The position numbers and the translations under genes were made by a program. The notes under the pieces were generated by a model, which was given only the letters and a program-made list of their open reading frames with translations, had not been told where the DNA came from and did not search any database. Source: an uncultured Prevotella sp. (GTDB lineage Bacteria > Bacteroidota > Bacteroidia > Bacteroidales > Bacteroidaceae). From it: a stretch of 64,000 nt of DNA. The stretch spans positions 80,304-144,303 of the forward strand of contig CAMOVK010000001.1 of the NCBI GenBank assembly GCA_946627325.1, in the 5' to 3' direction. This document shows, in pieces, positions 51,401 to 59,396 of this stretch; the stretch's first letter is position 1, and each line of letters starts with the position of its first letter.

Positions 51401-51767
51401 CTGGCACTTCTACCAGTACGGCTACGACAAACCACGTCGCTTAGCATTCTATCACGGCAATTCTACCAACGTAAACTCCGACATGGTATTTACCGACTGG
51501 GAATGTCCACACACTCGATTCGCATACTCTCTTAACCCAGAATCAGTGAAAGGCACAGAGAATGCAGGACTCACTATAGCAATCGATGGCAATAACCTAA
51601 GCTTCGGTAAGGCTTGCAACGTTGAAGTATTCAACACTGCTGGTGCAAGAGTGATGAGCGCACAAGGTGTAAACCGCATCAACACCCGCTCACTGGCAAA
51701 GGGAATCTACACCGTAAGAGCAACCATCGACGGCAAGGTAATCAATAAGAAAATCGCAGTAAAATGA
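48474..51767 (+). CDS. large secreted multidomain protein (propeller-like, FN3, adhesin-like, CARDB-like, T9SS CTD)
   Basis: Signal peptide; DMTYDP and SMEFD propeller-like blades; TWDNP/TWNAP FN3-like; WTVID...ANDYLISP adhesin-like; DLSV...VEVTNEG CARDB-like; KGIYTV...KKIAVK tail. Confidence 0.75.
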   Translation: MKKILTLLVVAMVSFIGANAQPRVKGPVAPMKNTSAAASFTYENLKSTNYLPLVQGPKKAKFGGTDGFVDAYSFILYDNRFRSYVLSKFNTEDPTAYKRVRDYGTTQGSDVFQTATFVGDRIFAERCYLQWMGYWQPRSFGWLDPETTEFEEVFSWTDSYYTLFRDMTYDPVSDKIYLIDAEDGFEVSHIYMIDPNNPQAPEKVCTMNYGLTTIAADNGYLYGIIPNSLDENNKDQYGLYQPKANTRLVKINTASINKATQTCEVEEIRASGMNISIAFNDGQNRPSIYWQSMEFDKINHRLWWMTTTHNGQALAIEINPKTGSIISRTNFTTNPQMIALAIPYQTAADGAPSYVRNLNVTPGAQGASLATFTWDNPSQTYMNENLTQLTGIKVYRDGELIQTIPSFTPGLTMLFEDTDVPTGNHNYKFLAYNNAGDGIYKDIDVFVGHDTPAKVDMLTLVAEGTGGKITWNAPTEGRYGGWIDASTLKYKIVRLPDNVTVAEDLTATSFVDNNITRFDGYSYVVTPSTADGEGESATSNVLPLGPALDVPYTSALNTQQLFNMWTVIDNNQNGLGDGVSWEFDAFRKVARYYGNLNQANDYLISPKFNFEPGKEYQIRYTYYSMNWVHPVTMEPLMEEMEVYYGTEPTAEGMNQLLFATGEFNTGSEIYLYGKNNFTPQTTTGHVAFKSVTPGDRGITFLKDFSIREHSTTDLSVTKVNISGVANANVLQEANVEVTNEGTQTQSNYTVQIIDAETEQVLGTANGVSVNPDEHVNVKVGWMPTVSGNMNLTARVVLEGDTYPEDNTWKSPVVVNVTESDGVLWFAANEDHKRWDEGYNDWLGIGWNGPMHLTYNYSQVQNLFLESELRKDVILEGLQFVYDGNAGLKGMSFGLKVSIKKTDRTSMENVNDAGMGDFDPSSGWTVVFDGEVTFESASENSPMTIMFDTPFKYESGNIIVKYERTTTGAIDGEIAPYWHFYQYGYDKPRRLAFYHGNSTNVNSDMVFTDWECPHTRFAYSLNPESVKGTENAGLTIAIDGNNLSFGKACNVEVFNTAGARVMSAQGVNRINTRSLAKGIYTVRATIDGKVINKKIAVK

Positions 51768-52237
51768 AAAAAACAATAGTATCGATGCTTGTAGCGCTCA
51801 CTTTCGCAGTGGGCGCACAGGCACAAGACAAAGTCGTAGTCAACAAACATAATGGCGACTCGCAGTCGTTCGAAATGTCGAATGTAAGAAAAATCACACT
51901 CTCGGAAACGGGAATGAACATTATAGGTACTGACGGAACAACAAATGCCACAGTGAACTACATCGACATTAAAACCATTACGTTTGAACTCGTGAACGGT
52001 ATCGAACAAGTAGTCAACACCGAACAGGGTAAACTGACTCTTCTGAAAGACGGAAACTATATCCGCATCAAAGGATTCAATGGCGAAAACGGCAAAGTAG
52101 CAATCTATAAATCCGATGGTACAATGGTAGATACTGCCACCTTCACAGGCGCAGATTACGCTATCGGAATAGAAGACTTGCCTCGCGGATTGTATATACT
52201 CAACGTAAACGGACAATCACTCAAATTCACACGCTAA
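51764..52237 (+). CDS. small secreted protein with T9SS-type CTD
   Basis: Signal peptide; tail LPRGLYILNVNGQSLKF; ATGA overlap with the upstream gene. Confidence 0.75.
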   Translation: MKKTIVSMLVALTFAVGAQAQDKVVVNKHNGDSQSFEMSNVRKITLSETGMNIIGTDGTTNATVNYIDIKTITFELVNGIEQVVNTEQGKLTLLKDGNYIRIKGFNGENGKVAIYKSDGTMVDTATFTGADYAIGIEDLPRGLYILNVNGQSLKFTR

Positions 52238-53487
52238 TGAAAAGGTTTATTTCATTATTACTTTTTGCACTCATAACCATTGCCGGGATGGCTCAAACCA
52301 ATCCCAACCGACTAATCGTAGTCGATAAAAATGGCGGGTATGAGGGATATGTAATCAACCGATTAGACAGCATTGTTTTCAGAACAGTCAGTGGCGAAGT
52401 GAAAGCCAACATAGATTTTCTCGGTTACGAGAAAAACGCTCAAGGCAACGACGTCGTTAAATGCAACGTTACACGCACTGCAGCCTGCAACGGTTTCAAA
52501 ATACTTGTGCATCCTAAATCGGTTATTGACCAGTACAAAAACGACGACGCACTTGCACGTTATGTCGATAAAAACGTACAGAACACCTACTATCAAGACT
52601 TCGCCAACGCTGAGCTGACAGGATTCGACTTCGAACTACAAGCCAATACGGCTTACTCTATAGTAACCGTTGGAATCGACGAATATGGCATAGCAAGCGA
52701 CGTATCACGCACCGACTTCACCACTCCGGCTGCAAACGTGGTAGGAAACCCATCTGTCACATGGGAAGTAATTGAAAACACGAAGAATTCGTTCAAACTC
52801 GAAGTTGTTCCAAACGCCGACTGCGCTGGTTACTACGTATGCCGTTTTGACAAGGGAACAGCCGAAGAGCAGTTCAACACCTTTGGTGCTTGGTTTGGAT
52901 TTGCCAACATGGGCGACATGATTAAGTCTTGGAGCCGCCAGAAGTACACAACTCAAGAAGTACACGAATGGACTGATTGCTCCCCTTCTACAGCCTACGA
53001 GGTATATATTCTGCCTGTTGATGTAAACGACGAATATGGCTCAATGGTCATTGCAGAAGTGACTACAGCAGGTCAGGGAGGTACTGGCACAGCAGAAGTG
53101 ACTATTACTATCGGTGATTTTGGATACGAATTAGACGATAATGGAACAAAGATGTATTGGCAAAAGGTAACATACACACCTAACGACCAGACACTTCTCT
53201 TCCGCGATATGGTTATCACAAAAGAGGCTTACGACAATGAATTCGGCGACGAAGGCATACTCAACTACCTCAAGGAAGACAAACCATACGCTGGTTGGGA
53301 CCAATACACCACCGATGAAGCACAATGGAACGCTGAACCAAACACCGACTACATCGCTTTTGCTATCGCAAAGAATGCCAACGAAGAATGGGGACCACTC
53401 GCAAGAAAAGAGTTCCACACTCCTGCTGGCACAGGCGTAGCTCCACGATTTAAAAGCAACAACAAACTGACACTTATCCAACGATAA
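52237..53487 (+). CDS. secreted hypothetical protein with three FN3-like repeats
   Basis: Signal peptide; repeated (A/P)(N/S)T.Y.(I/V)... motifs; TAATG coupling to the upstream gene. Confidence 0.7.
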   Translation: MKRFISLLLFALITIAGMAQTNPNRLIVVDKNGGYEGYVINRLDSIVFRTVSGEVKANIDFLGYEKNAQGNDVVKCNVTRTAACNGFKILVHPKSVIDQYKNDDALARYVDKNVQNTYYQDFANAELTGFDFELQANTAYSIVTVGIDEYGIASDVSRTDFTTPAANVVGNPSVTWEVIENTKNSFKLEVVPNADCAGYYVCRFDKGTAEEQFNTFGAWFGFANMGDMIKSWSRQKYTTQEVHEWTDCSPSTAYEVYILPVDVNDEYGSMVIAEVTTAGQGGTGTAEVTITIGDFGYELDDNGTKMYWQKVTYTPNDQTLLFRDMVITKEAYDNEFGDEGILNYLKEDKPYAGWDQYTTDEAQWNAEPNTDYIAFAIAKNANEEWGPLARKEFHTPAGTGVAPRFKSNNKLTLIQR

Positions 53488-53500
53488 AACGATAATCAAC

Positions 53501-53542
53501 AAAAAAAAATCGCGTCAATCAAAAAAAGACGCGATTTTTTTT
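53501..53542 (+). terminator. intrinsic terminator of the 48474-53487 operon
   Basis: AAAAAAAAATCGCGTC-loop-GACGCGATTTTTTTT. Confidence 0.8.
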
Positions 53543-53570
53543 GCACATATAATTTTTATCCTTATATTTG
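53540..53570 (+). promoter_or_regulatory. Bacteroidetes sigma-A promoter with no downstream ORF
   Basis: TTTG (53540-53543), 19 nt spacer, TATATTTG (53563-53570). Confidence 0.65.
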
Positions 53571-53575
53571 CAAAC

Positions 53576-53683
53576 GACAAATAGAAACAAAATTTTTCAT
53601 AATTTAGTTAGAGTAATCAGGTTTGTAGAATCAATTTTTAAGTGAATTAAAAGAGCCGTCCTCGTGAGAAGATGGCTCTTTTG
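53576..53683 (+). ncRNA. candidate ~110-nt small RNA
   Basis: Bounded by a consensus promoter and its own terminator (AAGAGCCGTC-CTCGTGAGAA-GATGGCTCTT-TT); no ORF. Start coordinate is approximate. Confidence 0.55.
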
Positions 53684-53715
53684 CATTTTCTTATCCTACA
53701 AAAAACTTAACAACA

Positions 53716-53752
53716 AAATTGGGATGCGTCCGTCAGCGACGCATCCCAATTT
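53716..53752 (-). terminator. intrinsic terminator of the 53777-57448 gene
   Basis: AAATTGGGATGCGTC-cgtcagc-GACGCATCCCAATTT perfect 15-bp stem. Confidence 0.85.
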
Positions 53753-53776
53753 GGAATTAAATGACTTTATCAGTGT

Positions 53777-56700
53777 TTATTTCATCACTTTCACAGTCTT
53801 GACTGTACCATCTGCTTGACGTGTCTGCTTAATGAGCAGTCCGCGAGCACTGCTATCAACTCTGCGACCCATTGTGTCGTAGTAGATTGCATTAGCGTCG
53901 TCGGCAGAAATCTCATTGATACCAGTCGCATCCTTCTTGATTACGAAATCGCCAAAGATGTGGAAATAGCTGATAGAATTCTTCTTAGTAGAGATTACTA
54001 TCCAGTCGTTTCCAGTCATTGTTGAAGTCGCCTCGTCGAAATTCATCACAACATCTTGGAGTGCTAAAGTTGAGCTATTCGCTCCAAGGAAATAAGAAGT
54101 GTAGTCGTAATTAGTTCCTGAGTATGTGATTGTGAAATCACCAAGCAACTGACCAGTAGCAAATGTCACTTTGTCACCATCGCGAACACCTTTCACCCAT
54201 GCATCTGGCTGATAATAGTAGCTGATGCCTTGAACATATACGTCATTTCCATCGAAGCCCACTTTAACAGTGTTGCTAACAGGTGAAGACGTATCAATGT
54301 CGCCTGTACCTGTCAGGGTGATTTCGTTTCCTTCGAACAAGTAGTCTTCTGTCTGCAGTCCGGCAGGAGGAGTAACAACGGTGTCGGGTTCTGGTTTGTT
54401 CTTAAACAGTATGAGTCCCGTATAGTAAGCATAGAGATTTCCTGATTCTGGGTCAGGAGCGATTGTTGGGTCAACACCTGCAACGGTTGTAAGTGTTCCA
54501 TTTTCTGCATCGTAAGTGAATGCGAAGTCTTTGATGCCAAATGGTGATACCGACTCGCTACCTACCACGTAGAAGATAGACTCTTCACCTGAAGAGTTGG
54601 TTTGCTTACCTGTGAATTGTCCGCTTATGAAATCAACAGTCGTACCTGTCATCGTTCCCTTAATCCAAGACTCTGGGTTGTAAACATCGATACCCTGGAT
54701 ATATACATCGTTGCCATCGAATGCTACTTGATACTTGTATTCTGACTTTTCAATATCTTCTGACGTCCATCCTCCACTATAAGTCCAGAAATCACCACGT
54801 CCGAACCACTCTTCAGGAGTAACTCCTACAGGAAGTTCAACGAGCTTATATGGATTTTCTTCTATAACATAAGAGAATGTAAGTTCTGGCATCTCTAAAT
54901 TGTTCGCCAAAATAGCTCCTGCTGGTATTGTCAGGGTGTAGTTACCTGCATCTGTAATCTTAGTGTCCAGAGTAATGATAACAGTTTTATTATCATCTGA
55001 CATTGATAAAGCACCTTGCGTTACTGGTTCTGTTTCACCTTCTTTCAGTACAGTTACCAGTCCTGCATCTTGCTTGCAATCTGCTGTGAAGTCGCCGAAG
55101 GTCAGTTGAAGTTCGTTGAGTTCTTCTACTACACCCTCTTCTGGAGTGATTGTCATCACGTCGATTGGTTGAGTAAGGTCGTAGAATACTTCAATCGAAT
55201 TAATTCTGAGCTGCAGATTGCTTGCGTTGGATACATTTATGAAGTCAATCTTGTTGGCTTTGCCTTCCCAAACCCATCTATTATCTACATCTTCTTGTGT
55301 TATTCCTTCAGGAGTTGATTCTACTACACCACCATAGTTAGGCGTATAGTTAATCTTTACCTTAATAATCTTCTCGCCTTCGATAGTGAACGTGTTGTTC
55401 TTATAAACTCGAGCATTTTGGCCACTATCGTAGTATTTTGGATTATTATTTCCTTCGCCCTTTGCAAAAGTCAAGGTATATCCTTCGTCAATGGTATATG
55501 AAGTAAGGTCAGCTGCATTGTCAAGTCCTTGTTCACTTGCTACCCAACCTGCATAACCAGTCAGATAATCCTTGATGTCTAACCAAATTATTTCAGACTC
55601 GTTAGTTTCGTTTCCACCAGTGTAAATTGACTGTACACCGATACGGTTATAGGCTTCGAAATCGTGCTTGAATATTATGACATTGTTGCCTGCATTGTTC
55701 TTACCGATAGTAGCGTAGTCAGTGAAGTCGTACGGAATGACTGTCATTGGCTCTGTCAGTGCTGTATAATACTCTGGGAGGAATTCTACAACCTCTACCT
55801 CATGTTCAATATCGCTATATACTTTGTATGCCAATTCGCCAGTGATAAGTTCTTCGCCCTGAGTACCTGTAGTAGGTACGTTGAATACGAGTACTCCTTC
55901 GCTGAACGACGATATCGTTGGGTCAGCTGGTACAGCTGCTGGATTAGGCTTCACCTCGTATCGTGGTATATAAGCTCGCAAGAAGTAAGAGAATGCTGTC
56001 TTACTAATGGTTATTGCGAAGTTACCTGTAGATTCAAGCCATTTCTCATCAGCATTGTAAGTAAACTCAATCTTGTCGGCGAACACACCAACTCCTTCTT
56101 CATCTACAGTAAACGGCATATAGTAAATGTTTTCGTAACTACCATACGAACCTAGGTATTGCTTGTTGGCAAACGTGATAGTTTCGCCATTTAGTTCTCC
56201 CTTAATCCATACGTCAGGCAGAGCATTCCATACTCCTTTCATATATACATCGTTGCCATCGAAACCAATCGCGACGTCGTATTCCATATCGCGTTCGGTT
56301 CCATCGTATGTCGATTTATAAAGGAATTTGTAGTATTCTATTTCCAAGTTTTCTGGAACTGTTACCAGCTCGTCAACCTCCTGAGAGAAAGACGCTCCTG
56401 CTGAAGCATATTTGAAGTAAGACATAGAATTCTTCTTACCATTGAATATCATCATCTTATCAGAGATATAGTTTGCCTTTCCATCGTAGTTGAAGATAAT
56501 GTCGTGACCATACGACGAACTTGCATATCCACCAACGTAAACAGGGCTTGAGCCGTTGAGTCCTAAGAATTGTCCGTTAGCAATGACGATGTTACCATTT
56601 TCATCCTTTGTTCCTTTCAGCCATGCAGTAGGATTGATATCGGTTATTCCTTGCATATATACATCGTTGCCATCGAATACTATCTTTGCCTCTTCGTTTA

Positions 56701-57448
56701 CATAACTTGTCCATTGCTGCTTATAATAAACGCTTGCAGTGAACTTCCAAGTTTCTGGTTCTATGCCTGCTGGAGGCTCAGTAAGAGTCTCTTTCGGATA
56801 TATATATATGTAATATGTGTAATAGTGTCTATTGCTCCATACACCAGTTGGTGTTTTTGACACTGCTACATATCCATTGCCTGAATACTTGTTTTCAGCC
56901 TCGTCGTAGGTCATAGTGAATGTCTCCAAGTCGGCTGCTGAGCTGCTCATACCACCAACATAGTATGGCTTCACGTTATTTGGATCGCTATCGTCGGTGC
57001 CGAGATATTGTCCAGACTGGAAAGTGACTGTTACAGTTCCATCAGTAGTACTCTTGGTACCTTTCATCCATGCGCTTGGTAATTCCGAGACGAAACCTTG
57101 TATATACACATCGTCACCAGATACACCCACATTAACAGTATAGAACTGTATTGGATAACCAGGCTTATTCATTGACAGCGACATTTCTGTTGTTGTCATT
57201 CCTTCTGGAGGAGTAACAGCTACAGGGTCGCCCTCAGCCTTACGCATCTTCGATTGTTGGGCTGGGGCAGCAACAATCGTTTCATCGATAGGCATAAGCA
57301 TCTCTTGAGGAGCTGCTTGCGCCTCGTTCAACTGCTTGAAGTCGTTCTTAACGACCTGCGACTGACTGCTTTCTACCGACTGTCCAAAGGCAGTGAGAGA
57401 ACAAATCATCGCAACAAGCATAAATGCAAATCGTTGAATTGTCTTCAT
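53777..57448 (-). CDS. large secreted repeat protein with short T9SS-like tail
   Basis: Signal peptide; five copies of (F/S)DG(N/D)DVY(I/M/V)(Q/K)G...W.KG...F..(G/K)Q..G; tail TGINEI...YYDTMGRRV...KTVKVMK. Confidence 0.8.
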   Translation of the reverse strand: MKTIQRFAFMLVAMICSLTAFGQSVESSQSQVVKNDFKQLNEAQAAPQEMLMPIDETIVAAPAQQSKMRKAEGDPVAVTPPEGMTTTEMSLSMNKPGYPIQFYTVNVGVSGDDVYIQGFVSELPSAWMKGTKSTTDGTVTVTFQSGQYLGTDDSDPNNVKPYYVGGMSSSAADLETFTMTYDEAENKYSGNGYVAVSKTPTGVWSNRHYYTYYIYIYPKETLTEPPAGIEPETWKFTASVYYKQQWTSYVNEEAKIVFDGNDVYMQGITDINPTAWLKGTKDENGNIVIANGQFLGLNGSSPVYVGGYASSSYGHDIIFNYDGKANYISDKMMIFNGKKNSMSYFKYASAGASFSQEVDELVTVPENLEIEYYKFLYKSTYDGTERDMEYDVAIGFDGNDVYMKGVWNALPDVWIKGELNGETITFANKQYLGSYGSYENIYYMPFTVDEEGVGVFADKIEFTYNADEKWLESTGNFAITISKTAFSYFLRAYIPRYEVKPNPAAVPADPTISSFSEGVLVFNVPTTGTQGEELITGELAYKVYSDIEHEVEVVEFLPEYYTALTEPMTVIPYDFTDYATIGKNNAGNNVIIFKHDFEAYNRIGVQSIYTGGNETNESEIIWLDIKDYLTGYAGWVASEQGLDNAADLTSYTIDEGYTLTFAKGEGNNNPKYYDSGQNARVYKNNTFTIEGEKIIKVKINYTPNYGGVVESTPEGITQEDVDNRWVWEGKANKIDFINVSNASNLQLRINSIEVFYDLTQPIDVMTITPEEGVVEELNELQLTFGDFTADCKQDAGLVTVLKEGETEPVTQGALSMSDDNKTVIITLDTKITDAGNYTLTIPAGAILANNLEMPELTFSYVIEENPYKLVELPVGVTPEEWFGRGDFWTYSGGWTSEDIEKSEYKYQVAFDGNDVYIQGIDVYNPESWIKGTMTGTTVDFISGQFTGKQTNSSGEESIFYVVGSESVSPFGIKDFAFTYDAENGTLTTVAGVDPTIAPDPESGNLYAYYTGLILFKNKPEPDTVVTPPAGLQTEDYLFEGNEITLTGTGDIDTSSPVSNTVKVGFDGNDVYVQGISYYYQPDAWVKGVRDGDKVTFATGQLLGDFTITYSGTNYDYTSYFLGANSSTLALQDVVMNFDEATSTMTGNDWIVISTKKNSISYFHIFGDFVIKKDATGINEISADDANAIYYDTMGRRVDSSARGLLIKQTRQADGTVKTVKVMK

Positions 57449-57665
57449 AATTGTGAGATTTTAAAAGTTAGTATTGTTAAAAAATAAGTATTACCTATCA
57501 CAAAATTATATATAAAAAATAAAAAGAACAAATAATTGTAAATAATTCTTTCAAAAAAATCATTTTTTGTTACAAAAACGCGACAAAATGTTGCAATTTA
57601 ACACTCTACACTCGTGGAAGTGAATATTTTTCTGTGATAATCGTCAATAATATAATTAAATAATG

Positions 57666-57673
57666 TATATTTG
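57666..57673 (+). promoter_or_regulatory. Bacteroidetes -7 promoter box (TATATTTG) for the S41 operon
   Basis: TAnnTTTG match about 60 nt upstream of the ATG at 57735. Confidence 0.55.
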
Positions 57674-57734
57674 CAGTCAGATACTTGACTTTACAAGGAA
57701 ATCAACTCTTAAATAAACTATCAAACGAGTAATT

Positions 57735-59396
57735 ATGACGCGTCGACTGCTGACATTCAACATAGTTTTTTCGCTCGTTATGTTATTTTCTCCAACAGCG
57801 ACGAAAGCTCAAAATGATCATTATTTTGAAGTATCAAAACATCTTCAGATATTCAACGACCTTTATAAACACCTCAATCTGCTATATGTGGATAGTATCA
57901 CTCCGAGCGAGAACATCTCCACAGCCATCAATGCCATGCTTGCACGGCTCGACCCTTACACAGAATACTACTCCGACGATAAAGCGAGCGAGCTCAAAGA
58001 GATGCTCACAGGCAAATTTGCTGGCATAGGTTCAGTCATCAGATACAATCAACAACTGAAAAATGTGGTCATCGAAGAACCTTCAGAAGGTATGCCAGCA
58101 GCTGAGGCTGGACTGCGTAAGGGAGACATAATCGTATCAATCAACGACTCGTCAATGGCAGGTAAGACGGTACAGTACGTTACTAAACGACTGAGAGGTG
58201 AAGCTGGCACGACTGTAAAAATCACGCTTAAGCGTCCTTCTACAGGCAAGACCTTTGGTGTGAGCATTGTTCGACGACTGATAGAGGAGCAAGCCGTGCC
58301 CTACTATGGCATGGTAAGCGAGGATGTGGGATATGTGCGATTTACTGCATTCATTGAAGATTGCTCTAAAAACGTTCGCCGCGCCATTATCGACTTGAAA
58401 GAACAAGGCTGCAAGAAGCTCATCCTCGACCTTCGTGGCAATGGAGGCGGGTCAGAGATAGAAGCAGTAAAGACTGTTAATATCTTTATCAATAAAGACG
58501 AACTCATAGTGAGCAATCGTGGCAAACTGGAACAAGTAAATCGCGACTATCGTACCACCGTTGAACCACTCGACACCGAAATGCCAGTAATAGTACTTGT
58601 CGATGATGGCACAGCAAGTGCTGCAGAGATTGTTAGTGGTGCATTGCAAGACCTCGACCGCGCCGTCATTATGGGAAGTCGCACCTTCGGCAAAGGCTTG
58701 GTACAAATTCCCGTTGACCTTGCATACGGTGCCCAAATGAAAATCACTACAAGCAAGTATTTCATACCCTCAGGCAGATGCATTCAGGCGATTGATTACA
58801 GAAGAGCCAAGGGCGGATATACAGAACATATACCCGACTCGCTGACTAAAGTGTTCCACACCCGCGCTGGCAGAGAGGTGCGAGATGGCGGAGGAATAAA
58901 GCCTGATATAGAGATTGCACCCGACTCAATGGCAAACATAACTGCATATCTCACCTTTAGCGACACCACTGAAGTCATGCGCAACTATGTACTCGACTAC
59001 ATTACAAACCATCCCTCTATATGCCCACCTGCAGAATTTCAACTCTCAGACTCCGACTTCGAAGAGTTCAAACGCAGAGTGCTGGCAAGCGGATTTACTT
59101 ACGACCGACAGAGCGAGAAATACATAGTAGAACTTGAAAAACTAATCCGCTTTGAAGGATACTACGACGATGCACGCGAAGAGATTGAAGCCTTGAAACA
59201 AAAACTACAACACAACGTAGAGAAAGACCTCGACTACAACCGCCAACAGATATGCCGCATGATAGAAAGCGACATAGTAGCTGCATACTATTACAATCGC
59301 GGGCAAATAGAACAGTCGATTCGTTTCGACAAGCAAATAACAAAAGCGAAAGAATTGTTCGACAACATAGAAGACTATTATAATATACTTAAATGA
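57735..59396 (+). CDS. S41 family C-terminal processing peptidase (PDZ)
   Basis: LDPYT, GIG PDZ, ILDLRGNGGG, TASAAEIVSGALQD, TFGKG, GGIKPD. Confidence 0.93.
   Translation: MTRRLLTFNIVFSLVMLFSPTATKAQNDHYFEVSKHLQIFNDLYKHLNLLYVDSITPSENISTAINAMLARLDPYTEYYSDDKASELKEMLTGKFAGIGSVIRYNQQLKNVVIEEPSEGMPAAEAGLRKGDIIVSINDSSMAGKTVQYVTKRLRGEAGTTVKITLKRPSTGKTFGVSIVRRLIEEQAVPYYGMVSEDVGYVRFTAFIEDCSKNVRRAIIDLKEQGCKKLILDLRGNGGGSEIEAVKTVNIFINKDELIVSNRGKLEQVNRDYRTTVEPLDTEMPVIVLVDDGTASAAEIVSGALQDLDRAVIMGSRTFGKGLVQIPVDLAYGAQMKITTSKYFIPSGRCIQAIDYRRAKGGYTEHIPDSLTKVFHTRAGREVRDGGGIKPDIEIAPDSMANITAYLTFSDTTEVMRNYVLDYITNHPSICPPAEFQLSDSDFEEFKRRVLASGFTYDRQSEKYIVELEKLIRFEGYYDDAREEIEALKQKLQHNVEKDLDYNRQQICRMIESDIVAAYYYNRGQIEQSIRFDKQITKAKELFDNIEDYYNILK

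Noticed and set aside
40433-57448. Diversity-generating retroelement or invertible locus acting on the secreted proteins
   Set aside because: No reverse transcriptase, recombinase, near-identical TR/VR pair or promoter-flanking inverted repeats were seen.
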